From contig NW_021834886.1 of NCBI RefSeq assembly GCF_006345805.1, forward strand, positions 1 to 44,505: a stretch of DNA of 44,505 bases, in the 5' to 3' direction. The notes beneath the pieces were generated by a model, which searched no databases, was not told the DNA's origin, and worked only from the letters and a program-made list of their open reading frames with translations. The position numbers and the translations under genes are program-made. This stretch comes from Octopus sinensis (lineage: Eukaryota). Below, piece by piece: positions 10,225 through 21,816 of this stretch (its first letter is position 1; the number at the start of each line of letters is the position of its first letter).

Positions 10225-11985
10225 CACATGCTTTCTTCTGCTTCGGCTTTCACACCAAAACTCTGCAGCCACTGATGAGTTCTTATATCTACATCAGCTT
10301 CCACAGCTCGTTTGGTGTATTGCCCATGCAATGGTTTTTCTTCCCACTGCCTCGGTATTTCCTTTAAGCTTTCCTGTTTGTTTTACACTTTTTTGCTGCC
10401 TTAGTGGGTGGTGTGTCCTCCTTATCATCGTAATCAAGCAGATTAAGGTCTCGTCTGTACTTATATGCCTTCTCTGAGATTGAGTGCGGTTCATGTTGCC
10501 TTACAAGCTGTATTACCCATTCGGTGTTACTTTAGATGTACACTTGAAGTCCTATCGTACTCATTTTATAGTACGTTTCAAGCGGGATTAGGCCTCTGCT
10601 GTCTTTCTTTCGTGAGATACAGAGCCTGTGGAGGTTTGATTTTGGATGGTGTATCCTGTTTAGTGTCAGAAGTTGAAGTTTCTGGTCTTTATGTCCGTAC
10701 GCTGGGGATCACTCAGACTCCAGCTGATAACATTAAGGATATACTGGACAACTCAGAACTTACAGCTGTAATTCTATTCTGTGAGTTCAGCTCAGTATTC
10801 AGGACCATTCTGACACGTCTATAATACTATTTCCTAATCTTCTCTTTCATTGATCCGTCTTGAATTCCTTTCCCTTCATGTACCTCAAAATACTTATAGA
10901 AGCCCTCTTGGTCTAGGTCCTTGATAGATGTATGAAGATCAAGTTAGGTGGTGATATTGGCTGTCAGCTCGAACGAAGCTGTTGCACATTTGTCAAGACC
11001 AAATTCCATATTGATGTCATAACGGAATTTTTTTACAATTATTAGTGGTCTTTTCATATCCTTGTCACCTTTTGCATATAATTTCAGTTTGCCCATGTAG
11101 TGCAAGTGTGAGATGATCATGTCAAACAATTTGTACTCATTGTTTGTTCCATTCTTGAAATATTCAAAGCCACAGTCGAACCAATTCTACTATATGGCTC
11201 AGAAACCTGGACGTTATCAAAGAAGCTTGAGAGGTGGTTGGATGGAACCTACACTCGCCTCCTTATGAAAGCTCAAAATCTCTCGTGGAAGCGCCATCCA
11301 ACCAAAATGCAAATATATGGGAATTACCACCTGTGTCATCTCTTGTGAAAGGTAGGAGAGTCCAGTTTGCTGGACATTGTTGTAGAGCTGAAAAAGAAGT
11401 AATTTCTACTCTTCTCCTCTGGAAGCCATCTACTCGCAATACCAGAGGGCGCACACTCTCCTACCCTGATGTAATCTCCAGGGATACAGGCATCCAGCAA
11501 CAGGACCTCCGTAATGCTATGATGGACCGTGAAGTCTGGCGTAACATAGTAAATTCCATTGTCTCGACCACGGTCGAATAATGATGATGATGATGATTGT
11601 TCCATTCAGCTTCGTGGGACAAGAGAATGAGGGAAAGACAGGAGAGGAGAGAGCGAATCGCTCTGGAACATTCCACTGTCTAATTTGATGTTCTTTGATA
11701 CATACGGGCATTTTCGTAGTTGAGAAATAATTTTGTATTCCACAGTCCCATACTGTGCTGTAGAAAAACCATTTACGAAAGGAAGGAACTTGCAAATGTC
11801 TTTAAAATCCATCTGTGTGGGGCATTGTCAAATGCCTTACGACAGTCAGTTCATAGTGTGCTAAGATTTTGCTTTTTGGATGAGCAATTTTCGAATGATT
11901 TTCGTCACTACTCCAGACAGGTTCGATTCATCAAGATTGGAGGGGCCTGTCTGTCCTCATTTGGACAGGATATGCTGCGCTGTGC
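10225..11985 (-). mobile_element. Decayed R4/Dong-like RT fragment, interrupted by an RTE-like insertion
   Basis: Motifs TDCRKAFDNAPHRWI, GMFQSDSLSPLL, SHLHYMGKLKLYAK (YMDDLKLY), MEFGLDKCA and HGQY...THQWL occur in order on the minus strand. Confidence 0.8.
11155..11596 (+). mobile_element. RTE-clade LINE 3' fragment with (TGA)n tail and 11-bp TSD
   Basis: Encodes FKATVEPILLYGSETWTL and RRVQFAGHCCR...LLLWKP...DREVWRNIV; TTGTTCCATTC is duplicated at 11144-11154 and 11597-11607. Confidence 0.9.
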
Positions 11986-12031
<46 letters not shown>

Positions 12032-12120
12032 GTAATAATAATAATAATTATTATTATTATTGTTGCTGTTGTTGTTGTTGTTTTGTTGTTTTGTTGTTGT
12101 TGTTGTTGCTGCTGTTGTTG

Positions 12121-12176
<56 letters not shown>

Positions 12177-12229
12177 GCTATTGTTGTTGTTGTTGTTGTT
12201 GTTGTTATTTTCCTTCAATTTCGTTTCTG

Positions 12230-13015
12230 TTTTTTGTCATCCAAACGTCTAGGTAAGCCATCAAAATAAACGCACCAGATTGTTCATTTACAAAATCATG
12301 TGATAGAAGAAAGATGTAAAGAAAGTGAAAAAAGAAAGATCTGCAGTCTTGATTTCATGTTCTCCATATTTGTTAGCTTACTTAAAGACTGAAAACAGTT
12401 TTTTGTTTTGCTCGTATTTTGTGGCTATTTGTATTAGTTTTCCTTGCTTCTTATAGTCCTATGGTGGTTATTTTGAAATAGTTTTCTAGCGGTATAAGGC
12501 CTCTACTATCTTCCATACCTTGCATGTATAACCTTTCTATGTCAGACTTTGGGTAGTGCATCCAAAATCACGTCATTATTTTTCTTGTTTTCCTATCTAT
12601 TCTGGTTAGTTCATTTAGAGTCTATTTAAGAACATTGAAGCTGTAACTTATAACTGGGAGAGCTAAAGTGTTGATACCAATTATCTTGTTTTTCGCATTG
12701 AGCTCTGTTTTCAGCATTAATCTAACTAGTCTATAGTATTCTTTTTTCTTTCATTTGTGTGTGTCGTATCGTATCTAGTTCATTGATTTATATGTCTGTG
12801 TTTGGTCTAATTCTCTTATTTCATTTGCTTTATCTAACTAGTTTTCCTCTTTTCAAGGTTGCTTTGGCACATTTTTCTAAGCCATGTTTATTCCATGTTT
12901 ATTTCTTTGTTAATCCATGTACTGTCTGCAGTAATGTTTCCAGCTGTCTATCATTTCTAGCGTACAATTTTATATCATCTAAATATAAGATGTATCTAGT
13001 TCTTATATACATTAT
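12230..13015 (-). mobile_element. Decayed R4/Dong-like RT fragment
   Basis: Minus-strand translation gives LDDIKLYARNDRQLETLLQTV, GLEKCAKATLKRGKLV and HYPKSDIERLY. Confidence 0.75.
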
Positions 13016-13064
13016 TTAAATTATTTACATTCGACGAATATTTGTCCTCATCTTGTTTGTTGTT

Positions 13065-13110
13065 AAAACAACGCTTCGGCTGATATACCCTTCAGCCTTC
13101 TTCAGGTGTC
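13065..13110 (-). ncRNA. Decayed minimal type I hammerhead ribozyme (Penelope-LTR type)
   Basis: GACAC-CTGAAGA-A-GGCTG-AAGGGTATAT-CAGCC-GAAG-CG-TT-GTTTT. Core and stem II are intact; A15.1 is G and stem I has one mismatch. Confidence 0.65.
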
Positions 13111-13177
13111 TCTGGGAACCTTGGTTCTCATTCCTCAGGTATTTTCCATGTTGTTGTTATTATTGTTGTTATTATTG

Positions 13178-13260
<83 letters not shown>

Positions 13261-13277
13261 AATATTATTATTATTAT

Positions 13278-13320
13278 TGAGTGAGAGAGCAGTGCATGCC
13301 ATCAAAGTAACACTGGGTAA
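13278..13320 (-). mobile_element. ~40-bp 3' tip of the TAA-tailed retroposon embedded in microsatellite
   Basis: TGAGTGAGAGAGCAGTGCATGCCATCAAAGTAACACTGGGTAA sits between (TTA)n and (GTA)n. Confidence 0.75.
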
Positions 13321-13395
13321 TGGTAGTGGTATTGGAAGTAGAAGTTGTGGTAGCGGTGGTGGTGGTGATGGTAGTAGTAGTAGTAGTAATAGTAA

Positions 13396-13431
<36 letters not shown>

Positions 13432-13922
13432 TACTGATAGTTGTGGCAGTATCAGCTTCATTTTCGGTAATAGAAGCTTCAGAGGAAATAGCTGTGACAT
13501 CAGTTTTATCCTTACGTTTGCAGGTTAGGAATGTTTGTTATAGTTTCAATCATGATGCATGCATACATGCATACATGCATATATATATATACATACATAT
13601 ACACACACACGCGCACACACAGATACACACATATACTTATATAAACAGATACACACATATATATTTAGATGTTATTGAAAAATGCTTGATATTGTCTCAA
13701 TATTTAAAAACATTTTCCAAAAAGTTATTGACTATTTTTTTCACAACACAGAATGGCAAGAACTTTACAGAAAGAAATTCTTGTGTTGTGAGCCAGCCTT
13801 TTCGTTGTTCATTCTTAATACACACGTGTTTTGTGTTACTCGGTATAGCTAAAACCTATTTATGTATGTATGTGTTTACGTATGTATGTATATATGTTTG
13901 TATGTGTGTGTGAGTGTGTGTG

Positions 13923-15236
13923 AATTTTGACTGGTAACTGTTGGTGCTGCCACCTATGGTTACTTTTGGATTAAGAGATAGATCGGAAAAGGGTTTGCTA
14001 AGGAATAGAAAAGCGGGAGAATTTTCCTTCAATGGGAAAAAACTGCTCAGAACTTATAATCTTTTTTCTTTAGTTTTATTATTATTAGACGAAGTCATTT
14101 TCGTATGAGTGAGAGATCATATGAAATAATAGTTCCGTATAATTCCTTTTTTACTCATCTGGGTGTTCTAGTAGCTGCAGATAACGTCATTTCGCTCTTT
14201 CAGCAGCTTATCAATACAACGTAACTTGGGATCATGAAACTAGTTGGTCTATGTTCATATAAAACCTTTAGGGATTATATACGATCGAGTGTTTTTTTTA
14301 TTTCTTTTTTTTCTCAGGCTTTTAACAATGGAGAAAAGGTGTGTAGATATAGATGCAGGGATATAAAAGCCCCTGAAACATTCACAATTAAAATCAACAT
14401 TATACACAAGTACGATAGATATTTTAAAAAATTTTCTTTACTTTTAACAGGGAAGGAGGAGAGACGAAGAGAGGAAGAGATTGAGTGATAGCAAAAGGGA
14501 AGTCTCTCACGTGGTTAGGATTTCCTTCTGGGAACCTTATTTTATTCCCCCCACTTATCATAATTAGTTTTTCTCCAGTACTTATTCACTTCATGTAGCC
14601 TCAATTACCCTTTTTCTCTACAAACTACATCCAAGCTCCTCTGTGTTTTTTCTCAGAAATGAATGCAGGATCTCCGGTCGTATGTCCCCGATGCTTATCA
14701 CGTCGGGATGGCTACTCATCAATTTCCCATGTTTCATCTCGTCATGGCACCTCGCCCTCAGTTTTGTGTGTAGCATTCAGAATTAGGCTGTCGTTTAACA
14801 CACACGTAGGAATTTTGAGTGGCGAATGTTGGTGCTGTCACCTATGGTTGATTTCGGAGTAAGAGGCAGAGAGAAAGAGAGTTTTCTAAGAAATAGAAGG
14901 GGAGGAGAATTTTCCCTTAAGGGGAGACAACCGCCCAAGGCTTATGATTTTTTAGTTTTTCTATAGCTTTATTATTATTAGGCGAGGTAATTTTCTTGAG
15001 TCAAAGAACATATGAACTATTATTTTCATATAATGCAATTTTTTCTCATTTTTTGTAGTCCCAGTAGCTGCAAGTGACGTTATTTCGCTCCCATTGGAGC
15101 TTATCAATGCAACGTACCCTGAGATCATGAAACTAGTTGGTCTATCTTCAGTTAAAACATTTAGCAACAATATACGGTCTATTTTCTTTTCGTTTGTTAT
15201 TTTTCTTTCTTACTCTCTAACAGTGGAGAAAAGGAG
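13923..15236. repeat. Diverged direct repeat pair (~13923-14340 and ~14811-15236)
   Basis: Shared blocks TGTTGGTGCTG.CACCTATGGTT, GGAGAATTTTCC, TAGTAGCTGCA, GCTTATCAAT.CAACGTA and GATCATGAAACTAGTTGGTCTAT; about 70% identical. Confidence 0.85.
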
Positions 15237-15262
15237 TGAAAAAATAGAGGCAAGGCATTATA

Positions 15263-15298
<36 letters not shown>

Positions 15299-15885
15299 TG
15301 TATGTATGTATGTATATATATATATATATATGCACACTCATACATATATGTAATGTCTATGTGTATATGTATATGTATTCATACATTCGTACACATGTAT
15401 CGATATACATATAATTTGTATTTAAATCAACTCACATTAGTCTATTCCACTGAAACAACAAATTAAGAAGACTACCCATTTTTTAATGTTACAAAAGCTA
15501 CTAGTTTATCCGGTGATACAGTTTTCTCTTTTGCTGAGGCAATGTACACCTGGGCCACTCGAAAGTTAAGATGGATTCTACACTAAATACAGATATAGCT
15601 CATTACCACTTTCTCTCTGTCTCCAAGAAAGATCTATTTTAAGTACAAGTGTTTCTAACCTACCTGTTTTGATCTGCAAACGCTAAAGCGTTGATCAGAT
15701 GTTTATAATATATATAGGTATAAAGTTGTACTCTAGGGAAAGGTCAGAACAAAAATGTCACTAATCTTTACATGGCGTACTCATACATTAACAAACACAA
15801 GCACAATCAAATATTTATGTATTTATGTATCCACGTGAACATGTGTGTGCTCAATATTTTATAAAGTTATATGTACATACATGCT

Positions 15886-15928
<43 letters not shown>

Positions 15929-17627
15929 GCGTTAATATGTATATGTATGTATATGTATATATGTATAGATGTATGCCTTGATATTTATATATGTACATGC
16001 ATGTACACACACACATACATATATATAATTAAGTATATATATATTTATAAATACGAGTGTGTGTGCGTGTGCATATATATGTATTCGTTTTATTTATTTT
16101 CGACAAATACAGACATATGTCACATAACTTTAATTCTCCAAGAGAGAAGTATGGAAAAAATTGTCTTGTCTGAAATATAACTTAGTCAAAAGACTGTTAT
16201 GGCAATATTAATGGGAAAAACTTGTCGATCAGTCAGTGAAGTTGAAGAAATGAGAAATAACCTTTGAATCAACGTTGATGCGATACGATAGCTACTTTGT
16301 TTGTTTGTTTGATTCTAGCAGATTTTAGCGTGCATATAGGCGTATAGCTGTAGCAAGACTTGAACAACCTACCAAAGCTTTTGAATCATGGTCGATATGG
16401 AATGAAGGTATGCAAGGCTTATTGGGAGTTGTAACAAGTCTGGCTAGATCGATGATATTAGCAAATCTACCTATTTCAATTTCGGAAAAGATCGATATCA
16501 GTAAATCTTTCTATTATAGTAAATCTATCATGTTTCTAGCAACTTTATCTATTTTCATGTGGAAAAAAAAGTGTGTAAAAACTTAGAAATCATTGATGGC
16601 TGCTTTCAGAATAGACGAAAATATCAATTGACAGTTTCATTGCAGAACTTGATATGACGAAACAAAACTTCATTGTATACCTTCACTGAAGAGAATTGAG
16701 TAAGAGTTGGGGGAGGGTTTATTTTGATTTTATTTTGTAACTTCAACTTATGGACATTTAAAAGCCGGCCACATTTTCCAGTGAATTGCATAGAGTGACA
16801 ATAGTTAAGATGTTGCAGAATGCCAAGAAATAAGTACAACCTTAGCAGAATTTGAGTTCAGAAACATTTAGGTTAAATCAGAATCCTTTACAAATCACAA
16901 GCTTTTGACCCGAATAACAAGTAGTTTATTTCCAGTTTTGTTATGTTATGCAAATGAGTGAAAAATATGTTCCAGGGCAGACGACTGGTCTAGAGCAAGC
17001 AGCTATCCGTAAAAATGAGAAATTGGAATCAGAACGGGATGCTAAGAGATCACGCCTGCAGTTAATGCGTGCAATAGGTACTTGCATCATTTTGAGGTTG
17101 ATATTTATGGTTACATGTTCGTCACATGATCAAATGGCCCCACAGCTAGTTGTTTGTGTTTAGATGTACATAAACCCTGGTTGAGAAAACGTACAATAAA
17201 ATTCATTCCAACCATGACCATTTGTTTCAAAGATACAAATAACTGCACGAGTCAATGTGTCATCTTTTGAAATGGTGGGATTTTATCTGAGAAAGATGTA
17301 ACTTCTATTTGGTTATCTGGAGGCCACGATTGTATTCGCTATTAAATAGATGAAAATCTAGATATCGACGGTTCCTAAACATGAAGTGAAGGATGCCAGT
17401 AATTAAATATTTTACTGTTTTTGTTATATCAATGTCATAAATAAAGAATAAAGATAGATTCATTGTACAACACCTAAATTTATGGTAGAGAGTCTAACTG
17501 ATCGACCTGTCTTTCAATTTGAATCACAGTTCATTAATATCACTTATTTTACTAACATTGAAAAGGAGCAAAAAATGTAAAAAGTAATTTTATTGGGATT
17601 TCATGGAATAATGAAAAACTACAAGCT

Positions 17628-18085
17628 GCTACAGTAAGTATTCTGATCAATACCACAGATTTGCTTGTCAGTTGTTTGACCTTAACTAGTTGAGCATGTC
17701 CCTTAATGGCTGACAATATGTGCATCTCTGATCACGAGCAGAAGTAGTGGGGGGGGGGCATCATAGCCATGTGTTGAGAGGGATTCTTTGGGGTTTGAAT
17801 ATTCACCTTGGAAACATGGGTGATTCGTTCAACATCCTTAAACAATCCTTATTCAGGGACCTTTTCAGCGGGATGGGTTACTTGACCAGAAGAAAACTCT
17901 AACTGGGCCCCACCTGCAAGGTCATGTGATGTTTATCTTGATATGAGATCACCATGTCGCGCACATATGGTTGCGATGCATGTGCTTGGTGTACGCTTAT
18001 CAGACGGGTAGTCATGATGGGTATATTGGGCTTCGTATATTTTACTCCAGGGTCACTTTGATGGCATGAACTGCTCTCTCACTCA
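17628..18085 (+). mobile_element. TAA-tailed non-coding retroposon, 5'-truncated copy
   Basis: About 90% identical to 36905-37365; ends CTCTCTCACTCA-ATAATAAT. Confidence 0.85.
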
Positions 18086-18104
18086 ATAATAATATAAAAA
18101 AAAT

Positions 18105-19331
18105 ATTAATACTGCAATCAACATATGGACTGTTGCTGTAGTCCACTATATGGACACGAGCAGAGATTAACCTGAAATGGACACAAACAGAGATTAATCA
18201 TCTCTATCGTACAGCTCGAAAGTCAATGACATTGCATGGTGCCTCCAACTGAAGTCAAACGTACACAGGCTCTACATGAAGAGGTGTAAAGGGTTACGTG
18301 GGCTGATTAGCGTGCGTGAGTGAATGAACAGTGAAAGAAAAAATATGACAGAGTATTTGGTAAATAGCAAGCAAGACCTGCTACAGTATTCTGCAAATGG
18401 TGAAGGATTTACCAAACACGGACTTGAGGATGCTAATCAATTCTGATCGCGAATAGCCAACGAGAGAGAAGAAACTCTACTCCACATGGAATTACATGGC
18501 CAGTTCCACCGTGAAACTGACAAAGTAAAATACCAGGAAGCATCATGGAGGTGGCTCAGTAAGAGTGACCTAAAAGAAGAAGACTGAAAGCCTGATCATC
18601 GCTGCCCAGGGCCAAGTAGTGAATACCAAATCAGTGAAAAGAGATATATACCACACAAGTGCAACGAACCTCAGCAGAATGTGTGGGAAGAGGGTCGAAA
18701 GCGTGACTCACACTGTTAGTGCATGGGGAAATCTTGCGCAGAAAGACTACAAGCGCAGACACAACAACATAGCCCCAAACCTTCATTGGCTACCATGCCA
18801 GAAGTATGGATACGGCGTAACGAGTGCTTGGTACCAACATACACCGGAAAAGACAATGACGAAAATTGGAAGGTAAAGATCCTCTGGCTCTTTGACTTCC
18901 AGACAGACAAGGTGTTAGAGCACCGAAGGCTGGATACAATAACCTTTAAGAGGGAGAAACAAAAGTGTGTAATAATTGACGTGGAAGATCAATATATTAT
19001 CATGAAAGAAAAAGATTAATAAATATGGAGTCCTGAGTATCGAGATCGACAGGATGTGGCAGCTACAAGAATCAAACATAAAGATTGTCCTTTGTCATAG
19101 GAGCATTGGGCTCAATAATACCCAACCTGAAGAAACATCTGGAAACTTTAGAAATACCTTACAATTTAACTGTATTGCAAAAATCGACATTACTTGGAAA
19201 TGCACGCATATTGCGTAAAGTACTGTTTGTCTGAGGTCGTTGTTGCGACTTGACAAAACAGTACAAACCCGGTAGAAGTAATATCTTCAATGAAAAACAT
19301 CACGATATTGGATACTGTGCGACGCCTTAAA
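18105..19331 (+). mobile_element. R4/Dong-like RLE retrotransposon, 5'-truncated
   Basis: HRLYMKR, LHGQF-like region, CCHC (RMCGKRVESVTHTVSAW), KRRHNNIA, KILWLFDFQTDK...HRRLD (PD), then GSIIPNLKKHL..LLGNARILRKVLFV*; followed by (TAC)n/(TAA)n. Confidence 0.85.
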
Positions 19332-19629
19332 TACTACTACTATACTACTACTACTACTACTACTTACTACTACTACTATACTACTACTACTACACTACTA
19401 ATAATAATAATATAATAATAATAATATAATAATAAAATAATAATAATATAATAATATAAACTAACACAACAACAACAACAACACCACACAACAACAACAC
19501 AACACACACCACAACAACACAATAATAATAATAATAATAATAGCAATAATAATAATATTCTTTATTTGCCACCAGTGAGAAGGATGAGGAGACAATAGAA
19601 AATCAGGCAGAAAGTGTAGAGGGTTTACA

Positions 19630-20400
19630 TTTAATGGAATGATTACAAAAAAGAAGAAAAGTATTCACCGTAAACATTAGAAGAAGGAAAGTATACATGG
19701 CATAGGGCACAAGAAGAAGAGAAAAAAGCATGATAGTGACGGGGTCCTCCTGATAGAGGAGGCCCTCTAGGGATAATGGAGCAACTCCACCATCCAAGAT
19801 CACCATGAAGCTCCAAACTTAGAGAGGTAACATCCACTCTTGCCATTTTCGCAACTTTCACCCACCCTTTGATAAATTCAAAGGAGACGGCACCTCCCTC
19901 TCCACCCTCAATTTCCTCTTCAAGTGTACGTACACATATACATACATCTATACATCACACTCTCATACACGGGCACATACATTCACACACAGGCACTCAA
20001 AAAAATGCACATACACACACACATACACACGTATTGTGTAACATCTTTTTCACTTTTGTTACGTAACTTTGTCAACCACAAGCTTTCTCTAAGTCACATG
20101 TATGCATTGTAGATCGATGGCCTTTACCAAAGAGGAATGTCTCTGTGCTCATTCCTTTCAGCCTCTTCCACTAGATAGCCTCTTTCGCCACAACCTCCAG
20201 ACAAAGGAAAGCTGTTTGCCTGTCCGATTAAAGGAGGGCGGCATTGCAATTGTCACTACGGACTCAGCTGGCAGACGGATCTGTCCCACACAAGACAGCA
20301 GTTGTTCGACATAACTGCACAAGTCAGCGATTCCCGGACACTGACTGAATGCATGCAGGACTGTTTCGTCGCTCTTGCGTGCACCTCGGACAAGCCCGTC
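19630..20400 (-). mobile_element. L1/Tx1-like LINE 3' fragment interrupted by a 195-bp insertion
   Basis: DETVLHAFSQCPGIADLCSYVEQLL (zf-RVT-like knuckle) at 20158-20409, continuing after 19925 as KRKLRVERE...WVKVAKMARV and a pyrimidine-rich 3' UTR. Confidence 0.6.
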
Positions 20401-20730
20401 TGACAGCACAATAATTATAATTATATTTCTTCTGTTGACACAAGGCCTGCAATCGTGAGGGAGCGGGAATGAGTCGATTACAGCGATCCCTTATTTCATC
20501 GAACCCGAAAGGATGAAAGGCAGCCAAACGGCGGTCATCAATCCACAACGCATACATGTGACTTAGAGAAAGCTTGTAGTAGACAAAGTTTTGTAACAGA
20601 AGTGAAAAAGATGTTACACAATACGTGTGTATGTGTGTGTGTATGTGCATTGTTTCGAGTGCCTGTGTGTGAGTGTATGTGCCTGCATATGAGAGTGTGA
20701 TGTATAGATGTATGTATATGTGTAAGTACA
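19925..20730. repeat. Inverted duplication: arms 19925-20119 and 20536-20730
   Basis: About 90% identity; ORFs 19924+ and 20731- translate to nearly the same peptide. Confidence 0.95.
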
Positions 20731-20752
20731 TATATATGTGTGTTCTGTATAC

Positions 20753-20803
<51 letters not shown>

Positions 20804-20810
20804 TATGTAT

Positions 20811-20860
<50 letters not shown>

Positions 20861-21051
20861 AAATTAAGTATATATATATATATAATATATATATGAAAAA
20901 TAAGTCAAAAATAGAAAATGCTAAGATAATTTTATAGTGAATAAATTAAGTATATATATATATATGTAAATTAAGCAGAAAATGGAGAAAATTCTTGATT
21001 AGCAAACAAATTGACTACCATCGATTATTATTTTTTAATGCAACACTTTAT

Positions 21052-21170
21052 CACTTCTAACAGCCGCTTCTGCTTCCATGTCCCTCAGCGCTGCGAAAGA
21101 AAATTCTGAGAATAATATTCGTTATATTCTATAGCACATCCGATCTGATACATGGAGCTTCATCAGAGTG
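21052..21170 (-). ncRNA. Decayed type I hammerhead with long stem II
   Basis: CACT-CTGATGA-A-GCTCCATGT...ACATGGAAGC-A-GAAG-CGGCTG-TT-AGAAGTG. Confidence 0.5.
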
Positions 21171-21383
21171 AAGAAAAATACATAAAATAAAAGAGAAGAG
21201 AGAAGAACAGGGCCTAGAGATTTTATATATATGTATATACATACATACATTTGAAAAGCCCACTCGATTGGGAGAAAGCGCTAATCCGAATGATATGATC
21301 TGAATGATATGATATATATGTAAAAAATGTAATATATAAATAAATATCTATAAATATGAACCATCCGATCTGATTACCTCATT

Positions 21384-21413
<30 letters not shown>

Positions 21414-21415
<2 letters not shown>

Positions 21416-21816
21416 ATACTTTATAATTAGGGTTCAGCAAAGATTTGCTTTACCATATTCCGAAGTTTAGAAATAGCAGCCAAAGAGCCTTAGCTATTTC
21501 ATCTAATTTAAAAAGGGACTCCCGAAAAAATTATTTAATATTGTGAAGTTCCATGCTGATGAAGAAAATGTTCGGGTAAAGTATAAATTCTACATTCTTT
21601 ATACCGATCTAATTCCGAAACGCGTACATGGGTAATCAAATATCGATTGATTTTCGTTATTTTTCCTCTCTGCCTGCGTGGATTGTTTTCGAGTACTTTG
21701 TTTTTGTTTTCGGGAGTCTCTTTTCAAAGTAAGAAATAGCTAAGGTTCTTGGCTGCTATTTCTAAACTTCGGTATGTGGTAAAGCAAATCTTGCAGAACC
21801 CTAATTATAAGTATTA
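21414..21816. repeat. Inverted repeat (arms 21414-21500 and 21733-21816) enclosing a hammerhead
   Basis: The ~85-bp arms are about 90% identical as reverse complements (ATAATTAGGGTTC.GCAA.GATTTGCTTTACCA.AT.CCGAAGTTTAGAAATAGCAGCCAA). Confidence 0.9.
21551..21631 (+). ncRNA. Type I hammerhead ribozyme, core intact
   Basis: CCATG-CTGATGA-[AGAA...TTCC, ~54 nt]-GAAA-CGCG-TA-CATGG. Perfect 5-bp stem I and palindromic ACGCGT stem III; predicted cleavage after A21626. Confidence 0.8.

Noticed and set aside
16948-17163. 71-aa ORF as a host exon
   Set aside because: No recognisable domain, weak splice signals and no partner exons.
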